DNA of 64,000 nt from Acidobacteriota bacterium (lineage in GTDB: Bacteria; Acidobacteriota; Blastocatellia; Pyrinomonadales; Pyrinomonadaceae): assembly GCA_019639175.1 (NCBI GenBank), contig JAHBSK010000006.1:124709-188708 (forward strand), read 5' to 3'. The notes under the pieces are model-generated. The model did no database searches and had not been told where the DNA came from. It saw only the letters and a list, made by a program, of their open reading frames with translations. Position 1 is the first letter of the stretch; the number at the start of each line of letters is the position of its first letter. Below are positions 58,042-64,000 of this stretch, piece by piece. Made by a program: the position numbers and the translations under genes.

Positions 58042-59040
58042 CTATGCCGAACGACTCCTGTAATATGAGTATTCATAGTAGCCTCGGCTCGAGAGAGCCT
58101 CCTCAGAGTCATTCAGTACCACACCCAATATCTTCTCTCTGGTCAGCATTTCAAGTGACCGCTCAGTCTCAGAAAAGTTCACTCGATTTGACCGGACAAC
58201 CAGCAGGCCGCCGTCAGCGTGATTTAGATACGCGGCACCGTCCGAAAAGAGATTCAGCGGCGGAGCGTCGATAATGACAAAATCGAAATGATCGGTAACT
58301 TCATCAAGCAGTTCCTTGAATTTCTGTCCCGACGCCATTTCAGCCGCGTTTTCCAGGTCATTGCCGCCTGCCAGCAAATGAAGCCCGGTGGGTTCGAGGC
58401 GGATGATGGCCTTATCAAGATCAGCCTTGCCCGAAAGCACCTCTGACAGCCCGACGCTGGCCTCCATGCCCAGATAATCGCCAATGTGCGGCATTCTAAG
58501 GTCGCCGTCTATTACTAAGGCCTTGATGCCGTCCGTTTGGGCAAGCATACAGGCAAGGTTTATGGCAGTTATGGTCTTGCCTTCTCCGGGGCCGTGACTT
58601 ACGACCACGATTGACCGCAATGAGCGCTGTTCGGCCTGATGGATTATCTGCGTGCGAAGCGATCTGTATTCCTCGCAATAAGGAGAATTCGGGTCACTTA
58701 TCGCGACCAGCCGCTGGTTTACGGCGTCTCTTGAAAGATCGAATGTCTGAAATGTCGGCTCCGGCCGGGATTTAGGCTTAACCGGTTCCAGAGTTCTTAT
58801 GTGAGCATTACCGTTGTTCGGTACCGAATGAAGTTCCTCAACCACACGGGGCAGGCCTGACGGAGCCTCTTGTTCAGAAACGGGTTCCCCTGTCGGGCGT
58901 CCTATCTTGAACGACGGTTCAGCCGCAAAGTGCGGCGCGGCAGAAGGCTGATCCGAGCCGCCGACATCTTCCAAATCGGCGGGCGTGCTTACCTCCGGAC
59001 GTTCTTTATGGGCCTTTTGTAGTGTTTTTAAGAATCTCAT
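58042..59040 (-). CDS. bacterial tyrosine (BY) autokinase, cytoplasmic CpsD/CapB-type, with ~120-aa Pro-rich N-terminal extension
   Basis: 332 aa. Walker A VVVSHGPGEGKT, Walker A' LVIDGDLRMP, Walker B FVIIDAPP, and a C-terminal Tyr cluster RGYYEYSYYRS. Confidence 0.85.
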   Translation of the reverse strand: MRFLKTLQKAHKERPEVSTPADLEDVGGSDQPSAAPHFAAEPSFKIGRPTGEPVSEQEAPSGLPRVVEELHSVPNNGNAHIRTLEPVKPKSRPEPTFQTFDLSRDAVNQRLVAISDPNSPYCEEYRSLRTQIIHQAEQRSLRSIVVVSHGPGEGKTITAINLACMLAQTDGIKALVIDGDLRMPHIGDYLGMEASVGLSEVLSGKADLDKAIIRLEPTGLHLLAGGNDLENAAEMASGQKFKELLDEVTDHFDFVIIDAPPLNLFSDGAAYLNHADGGLLVVRSNRVNFSETERSLEMLTREKILGVVLNDSEEALSSRGYYEYSYYRSRSA

Positions 59041-59189
59041 CTAAAAATTATAAATCCCGTGAGCGATCTGTTCGAATACTTGACCGGGTTCGTTCCCGGT
59101 ATTTGCGTCGCTGCATTTGATGCGAAAAAAGAGCCAAACAGTAAAAATTTCCAGTTTATTAAAGTTTAACCGTTAAAGTATGTCGGTCA

Positions 59190-60131
59190 CTAATTATTGT
59201 CGGACGCCACAAAACTCGTTTTTCCGCTTTTGTCGGAAAGGAGTTCTTCAACTCCTGAAGTGGTCAAAATTCGTGAACTGATCCGATCTGCCGCCCGGTC
59301 GCTTGTGATCAATGCGTCCTTATCCGGCAAAAGATCGAGGTTTGCGGCGACCTCCTCGACCATTTCGCGCGTGACCCTTTTTTCGTTTGCGGCAAACGCC
59401 GCGATCAGGGCGTTATCACACAGATTGTTTATAAGCCGCGGGATCCCTTCGGAACACTGGTAAACAAAATCTATTGCGTCCTGTGTGAAAATGTTCTTTT
59501 GCGAAGATCCCGCAAGCATCAGGCGCTCGGTGATATATCGGGTCACTTCGTCAATGTTCGGCAGGACAGGCATCTCACACCGAAGGGCAACCCTTTGTTT
59601 CAACTGTCTCAGATTCTTCTGGCGAAGCCTTTCACGAAGTTCGGGCTGGCCGGTCAATATTATCTGCAAATGCTTTGCGCTGTCCGATTCAAAATTGAGC
59701 AAAAGCCGGATCTCTTCCATCACCTCGTCGGAGATCTCGTGGGCCTCGTCAACTATCAAAAGTGTCCGAAGTCCGCGCCGGTGGCGGTCTTCGAGCATTT
59801 TGCCCATTTCAAGCAGCATATCCGTCTTGTTCTCGTAGTCGGTGATATCAAGCATCTCCGTTACGTGATGATAGAACTCATCTATCGACAAATGAGGATT
59901 GAATATATATGCCGCACGCACGCTGGAATCCAGACGGCGGATAAGCCATCGCAGGGCGGTCGTCTTTCCGGTGCCTACCTCGCCGGTCAAAACGATAAGG
60001 CCTTTTGCCATCTCGATGCCGTAATAAAGTCCCGCCAACAGTTCGTTATAACTTGGCGTAAAGACAATGAATTTCGGGTCAGGCGTAAGACTGAACGGAT
60101 ATTCCTTAAGTGAAAAATGGTCTTTGTACAT
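59190..60131 (-). CDS. ExeA/GspA-like AAA ATPase of the PEP-CTERM-locus subfamily
   Basis: 313 aa. MYKDHFSLKEYPFSLTPDPKF N-terminus, Walker A LTGEVGTGKTT, and Walker B LLIVDEAH. Confidence 0.85.
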   Translation of the reverse strand: MYKDHFSLKEYPFSLTPDPKFIVFTPSYNELLAGLYYGIEMAKGLIVLTGEVGTGKTTALRWLIRRLDSSVRAAYIFNPHLSIDEFYHHVTEMLDITDYENKTDMLLEMGKMLEDRHRRGLRTLLIVDEAHEISDEVMEEIRLLLNFESDSAKHLQIILTGQPELRERLRQKNLRQLKQRVALRCEMPVLPNIDEVTRYITERLMLAGSSQKNIFTQDAIDFVYQCSEGIPRLINNLCDNALIAAFAANEKRVTREMVEEVAANLDLLPDKDALITSDRAADRISSRILTTSGVEELLSDKSGKTSFVASDNN

Positions 60132-60166
60132 TCTCGCTCCGGATCAATGATGATCCCGGTGAACTT

Positions 60167-61813
60167 CTAACTTAATTGCTCCAGTATTTTGGTCGCGTTT
60201 AGCAACACAACCAATACCGGGACAGAGATCACGGTCAATATGACGCCTGCGGCCACCTTAAGATACGTGAAGCGTCTGGCTTTTGCCATCTCGGCTTCGG
60301 TCAGCAGGGGCGGAACAGCGGCAAGCACCGGGAGGCCGGTGTAATGCTCCGTGTCCACGATGTTCTGTATCTTGAACAGCCTCGGGACCTCGAAAAAGGA
60401 GGCGAGCAGCAATCCAAAGATCAGGCCGACGCCGGCACCAAGGCCGAGGAACATCGGCCGCTTCGACGCGTTCTCGGGCGTTTCGGGCAAACTTGCCGGG
60501 TCAATTACCTGTATCGTCTCGCCCTGCTCATTGCTTTCACGCTGGACCTGCTGCTGAGCGCTGTTGAATTTCTTCAACAATTCGTCATAGTTGGATTTGG
60601 CGGAGGCATATTCATTGCTTATGCCTTCAAGCTCGACCTTTACATTCGGTATCGTGTTGATCTTGCTTTCAAGCATTCCGATCTGTATCGAGTTTCGGTC
60701 AAGCTCGACGTCCTTGTTCTGAAGTTGGGTCGCGATCAGTTTTAACTGGCTCTCGGCCTTGTCCCTTTCAATTTCCAGGCTCCGTTTCTGCATTTCGGCT
60801 TTCCTGGCCGCCGCGTCCCGTATCGCTTTTGTTCGCTGGTCAGTATTCCCGGCCAGTTTGCCGAGTTCGTCGTTGATCTTTTCGATCTCGGTGCGGGTCT
60901 GAACAACTTCCGGTTCCTTTTCACGAAACTTTTTAAGAAGGTTTTCCAGTTTTGCGGTCAATTCCGCCCTTTTTTGGACGAGCTGAGCATAAGCCGGTGT
61001 GTCCTCGACACGAAACGCCGGTTCCTGGCCTTCATTGGTGCCGTATGCGTCGATAAGACGCATTTGATTGTTCAACGCTGTGATGCTTTCCTGAACGCGC
61101 CCGCGCTCGGTCATCAGGGATTCCTTGTCCTTTGAGATCGTCTGCTCACGCTGACGCAGTCCCGTAAGCTGGGCGATCAGGCCCTGTGACGATTCGGGCA
61201 GAGCGTCCACGTTTCGCATCATTATGCCGAGACGCTCTTTCTCAATGGTATCAAGCTGAGATTTGGCCTGAGCGAGCTGCGCTTCGATGAACTCACGCGT
61301 GGTCTCGGCACTTGCTTTCGATTCCTTGTTCTGGTCGGAAATGAAACGTTCCGCCAAATGAGCGGTAACGGACTGGGCAGTATGTGCGTCGCTGTATCGG
61401 AAGCTTACGCGAAAACCCACAACCTCACTGTCTCCCTTTTCCGGTTCGACTGTGATCTTGTTACGCATCTCGTCAACGATCATTTCCATCGGCAAGCCGG
61501 CGGACCTTTTATCGCCATAAAGGTCAAATTTGCTGATGATCGCCTCAAGCGATGAGCGGCTCAGGACGTTGGAACCTATGGACTGAAGGCGGTGCGACAT
61601 ACTTTCGTCCGTCAGGGAAGGGGCGACCTTTTCTGAGATAGTCGGCGGAGTAAGGGTCAAAAATGTTGTTGACCGATACACTCGCGGCAGCCCCGGCAAA
61701 ACCAGCAATACGGCGGCGAGACCGGCCAACGCGGGCAATGCTATCAACAAGCCCCTGCGCTTTGCGATCTTTACAATGTCGCCAAGAGATCTTTTTCTAA
61801 ATTCAACAGCCAT
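60167..61813 (-). CDS. polysaccharide chain-length determinant (Wzz/GumC family, PEP-CTERM-locus type)
   Basis: 548 aa. N-terminal TM (LLIALPALAGLAAVLLVL), a long coiled-coil periplasmic region, a second TM (LGLGAGVGLIFGLLLASFF) and a third hydrophobic C-terminal helix. Confidence 0.85.
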   Translation of the reverse strand: MAVEFRKRSLGDIVKIAKRRGLLIALPALAGLAAVLLVLPGLPRVYRSTTFLTLTPPTISEKVAPSLTDESMSHRLQSIGSNVLSRSSLEAIISKFDLYGDKRSAGLPMEMIVDEMRNKITVEPEKGDSEVVGFRVSFRYSDAHTAQSVTAHLAERFISDQNKESKASAETTREFIEAQLAQAKSQLDTIEKERLGIMMRNVDALPESSQGLIAQLTGLRQREQTISKDKESLMTERGRVQESITALNNQMRLIDAYGTNEGQEPAFRVEDTPAYAQLVQKRAELTAKLENLLKKFREKEPEVVQTRTEIEKINDELGKLAGNTDQRTKAIRDAAARKAEMQKRSLEIERDKAESQLKLIATQLQNKDVELDRNSIQIGMLESKINTIPNVKVELEGISNEYASAKSNYDELLKKFNSAQQQVQRESNEQGETIQVIDPASLPETPENASKRPMFLGLGAGVGLIFGLLLASFFEVPRLFKIQNIVDTEHYTGLPVLAAVPPLLTEAEMAKARRFTYLKVAAGVILTVISVPVLVVLLNATKILEQLS

Positions 61814-61933
61814 ATCAATCCTAACGGCGGTCAGCCTGTCAGTTTGTTCCCATATACATGGTCACGCTTACCAAACGATCAAACCCGGGTGAAATCCAAA
61901 ATTATATCACGTCTGCCCCGGTTTACCGTTAAC

Positions 61934-61987
61934 ACAAAAATAACACGCCCGAAGTGATCGTGTGTCACTTTCTCAGCGTGTTTTTTT
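61934..61987 (-). terminator. structured hairpin between the PEP-CTERM gene and the EPS operon (terminator candidate)
   Basis: Outer 7-bp stem AACACGC (61942-61948) / GCGTGTT (61976-61982) encloses an inner 6-bp stem AAGTGA / TCACTT. A/T runs lie on both sides; on the minus strand the stem is followed by ATTTTTGTG. Confidence 0.4.
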
Positions 61988-62049
61988 GCTAGCCGTTTAA
62001 CTTTCGCCGATGACATCAGATCACTGCTTTGTACTCCTAAAGCACGTCT

Positions 62050-62352
62050 CTAACCACGGTCGGCCGGTTCCATAAAATGACGCCTCGCGCCATAGGCAAA
62101 GCCCGTCAGTCCGATGCCGAACATAAGCATCGTGAACGGCTCCGGGTCATACCGTGTCTCGACGCATTTGGCCGGCAGTTGATCCTGGAGAACTTGTTTT
62201 CCTGTAACGGCGGAATTTTCGGAGCAGGCTCTGTCGGAAGCAGCTATTGATCGCTCGTTGGCGGCTCCCTGAAAGATGCCTATAGCCACAGCGGCAAAGA
62301 TGATGATCAGACTGGCGCTGATCAAGAAACGGTTGTGGGCCTTATATGACAT
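62050..62352 (-). CDS. small PEP-CTERM sorting-domain protein
   Basis: 100 aa. N-terminal signal/anchor FLISASLIIIFAAVAIGIF and a ~45-aa mature region with 2 Cys. The C-terminal DPEPFTMLMFGIGLTGFAYGARRHF gives a PEP motif, hydrophobic helix and basic cluster, which is the PEP-CTERM architecture. Confidence 0.8.
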   Translation of the reverse strand: MSYKAHNRFLISASLIIIFAAVAIGIFQGAANERSIAASDRACSENSAVTGKQVLQDQLPAKCVETRYDPEPFTMLMFGIGLTGFAYGARRHFMEPADRG

Positions 62353-62454
62353 ACTGACTTCTCACTTGCCGGGTCGTCGAGCGTTAGATCGATCGGAGCC
62401 GGCACGGTCAAAACTTAAGGAGATCATATACGCTTGGGGGAACGACCTCCGAAA

Positions 62455-62466
62455 GTTCAATTGAAC
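62455..62466. promoter_or_regulatory. perfect 12-bp palindrome GTTCAATTGAAC upstream of the PEP-CTERM gene
   Basis: Seen directly, ~105 bp upstream of the start codon at 62352. Confidence 0.3.
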
Positions 62467-62510
62467 ATCTAGAAACAAGAACCTCTAAAAAGACGAGAAT
62501 TCCTAAATTT

Positions 62511-62535
62511 TTTTGCATTGTCCCGCAATGCAAAA
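62511..62535. promoter_or_regulatory. perfect 10-bp-arm inverted repeat TTTTGCATTG-tcccg-CAATGCAAAA
   Basis: Seen directly, ~160-185 bp upstream of the PEP-CTERM gene. No U-run follows on either strand, so an operator or enhancer site is more likely than a terminator. Confidence 0.3.
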
Positions 62536-62964
62536 TTTCAAAACCACAAAATACGCGGTCGATCACACAGTGATGGTTTGCCCGAGGCAAACCCCGAACT
62601 GTATCTCAATAGACAATATCTTGTCTTTCAAATGGTCGTAATTATATCCCTTTTGGGAACAAAACGCAATGATTTTGATCGATCCATACCCGATTTCAGC
62701 AAGATTTAAGACTGGCGTATCATGTTGAAACACAATAAGTTATGGTTATTAGCATCGTTTCTTGCCATTAACTTTCGTTAAAAATGCGATCTTTTACGGC
62801 AAAACGCAGTTCCGGGACGTATCGGCCTTGATCTTTAATGCCACTTAATGGCCGGGGCCGAATACCAAACCGCCTCTGACGCGCTCAGATACCCGTTTTT
62901 TCCGAACTGTCAGGTAGATGAGCCGTGAGCGGATCAGGTTGCAGATATTCTTTTAATTTTGCGG

Positions 62965-63774
62965 TCAGCGGGTCCTTTGTTTGGGATCCAGGTACTCGCG
63001 GAGACCGTCACCGAGGAAGTTGAACGCCAGAACGGTCAGGGCTATCGCAACGCCGGGAAAGAAAAGGACATGCGGATAAATTGAAAAGAACTGCCGAGCC
63101 TCGTCGATCATCGTCCCCCAGCTTGGGGCCGGCGGCGGTATTCCCAATCCGAGAAAAGAAAGCGACGCCTCGGAAAGAACAGCTCCGGCCATTCCGAGCG
63201 ACGATTGAACGATAAGAGGCTGGATCGCATTCGGCAAAATATGGGTGAATAAAATTCTCATATTTCCCGCGCCGAGAGCGCGGGCCGCGTGGACAAAATC
63301 ATATTCACGGACCTTGAGAACCTGTCCGCGCATGACCCTTGCATATCCGACCCAGCCGATGATGCACAGGGCGAGTATGAGCTTTTCAAGTCCTGCGCCG
63401 AGGAAAGCCACGAACGCAATGGCGAGCAGCAGGCCGGGAAAGGCGAGGAAGACATTGAAAACGTAACCTGAAAGTATCCTGTCAACCCAGCCGCCGTAAA
63501 ATCCGGCTATCGAACCGATAAAAATGCCGATCACGGCAGATACGCCAACGACGATAATGCCGACCTGCAAAGAGATCCTTGCTCCGAAAAGAACCCTTGA
63601 ATAAACATCCCTGCCGAGGGCATCGGTGCCGAACCAGTGTTCCGCCGACGGTTCGGCAAAACGAAGTTCAAGGTTTTGGACGGTCACATCGTGCGTCGCC
63701 AAAAACGGAGCGAACACCGCCACAAATATGACGATCGCAACAATGAAGATACCAAAGTAGGTTAATCTGCTCAT
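62965..63774 (-). CDS. ABC transporter permease, DppC/OppC family
   Basis: 269 aa with six hydrophobic helices. BPD_transp_1 EAA-type loop ARALGAGNMRILFTHILPNAIQPLIV and C-terminus GDGLREYLDPK. Confidence 0.9.
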   Translation of the reverse strand: MSRLTYFGIFIVAIVIFVAVFAPFLATHDVTVQNLELRFAEPSAEHWFGTDALGRDVYSRVLFGARISLQVGIIVVGVSAVIGIFIGSIAGFYGGWVDRILSGYVFNVFLAFPGLLLAIAFVAFLGAGLEKLILALCIIGWVGYARVMRGQVLKVREYDFVHAARALGAGNMRILFTHILPNAIQPLIVQSSLGMAGAVLSEASLSFLGLGIPPPAPSWGTMIDEARQFFSIYPHVLFFPGVAIALTVLAFNFLGDGLREYLDPKQRTR

Positions 63775-63841
63775 TTAATATCGGCCAAAGTAATATCGGC
63801 CAAAGTGCAAACCTTTTAAATTCTCTGAGTGTAAAAGCTGT

Positions 63842-64000
63842 TCAGGACAGCCGTATCCTTGGGTCAAGCCACCTGTAAACAAGGTCTGTCAGCGAGTTCG
63901 CGATGATATATGTAAGGCTGATGACCAGAACACAGCCCTGAACAAGGCGATAGTCGCGTTTTGCGATGCCCTCATCAAGCAAAAGCAGGCCGAGTCCCTG
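63842..64000 (-). CDS. ABC transporter permease, DppB/OppB family, C-terminal 52 codons (runs off the right edge)
   Basis: Not in the ORF track. The reverse complement reads [52 protein letters not shown], the characteristic DppB/OppB C-terminus (DY..VQG...DPRIR). Confidence 0.8.
   Translation of the reverse strand, partial: QGLGLLLLDEGIAKRDYRLVQGCVLVISLTYIIANSLTDLVYRWLDPRIRLS

Noticed and set aside
62490-62545. Sigma54 promoter (TGG-N-TTGCA) on the minus strand, overlapping the 10-bp-arm palindrome
   Set aside because: In TGGTTTTGAAATTTTGCA the GG-to-GC spacing is two nucleotides longer than the consensus TGGCAC-N5-TTGC, so it does not fit a -24/-12 promoter.
1-64000. CRISPR arrays, rRNA genes, intact tRNA genes, IS elements, integrases or transposases
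   Set aside because: I scanned all intergenic gaps larger than 100 bp (3506-4251, 7329-7779, 11484-12194, 28845-29533, 33924-34176, 61814-62049, 62353-62964). None shows a regularly spaced 25-40-nt repeat array. No ORF has recombinase or transposase motifs. The only tRNA-like sequence is the 3' fragment at 3750-3798.

Overview
Bacterial chromosomal window with no rRNA, intact tRNA, CRISPR array, integrase or transposase that I could find. The CarboxypepD_reg-type TonB receptor and the PEP-CTERM/XrtA-style EPS genes suggest an Acidobacteriota-like organism; that is inference only. (1) 1-3.8 kb holds accessory-type cargo: a four-gene minus-strand module (carrier-protein-like ORF, XRE repressor, long ImmA/IrrE peptidase, truncated unknown ORF) and an AbiEi/AbiEii toxin-antitoxin pair. 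It ends at a 49-nt 3' fragment of tRNA-Pro(GGG), which I read as an island attR-type scar. (2) 4.2-16.6 kb holds recQ, an orphan frameshifted hypB, hipBA, a SWIM-finger protein with a small partner, and a TonB-dependent receptor operon with a clean terminator. (3) 16.7-62.4 kb is a ~45-kb exopolysaccharide locus, almost entirely on the minus strand. It contains a Wzz-like co-polymerase, ExeA-like ATPase, BY-kinase, priming sugar transferase, Wza-like exporter, Wzy/O-antigen-ligase-like protein, Wzx, about 7 glycosyltransferases and a WbpB/E/D-like di-N-acetyl-uronic-acid triad. It also has two WecB epimerases, three AsnB-type amidotransferase paralogues plus one chimeric remnant, a FemAB-like protein, deacetylases, three methyltransferases and a heparinase II/III-like protein. 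One opposite-strand gene encodes a beta-helix/FG-GAP protein. The locus ends next to a 100-aa PEP-CTERM protein. (4) 62.9-64.0 kb holds Dpp/Opp-type ABC permeases. I see no unambiguous brand-new system. The best leads are the XrtA-style EPS locus that lacks an exosortase in the window, the GT1/AsnB chimeric ORF flanked by a ~117-bp repeat, the deacetylase-GT2 fusion, the PEP-CTERM mini-protein, and the unexplained genes flanking the XRE/ImmA pair. All family assignments come from motif recognition by eye. No searches were run.
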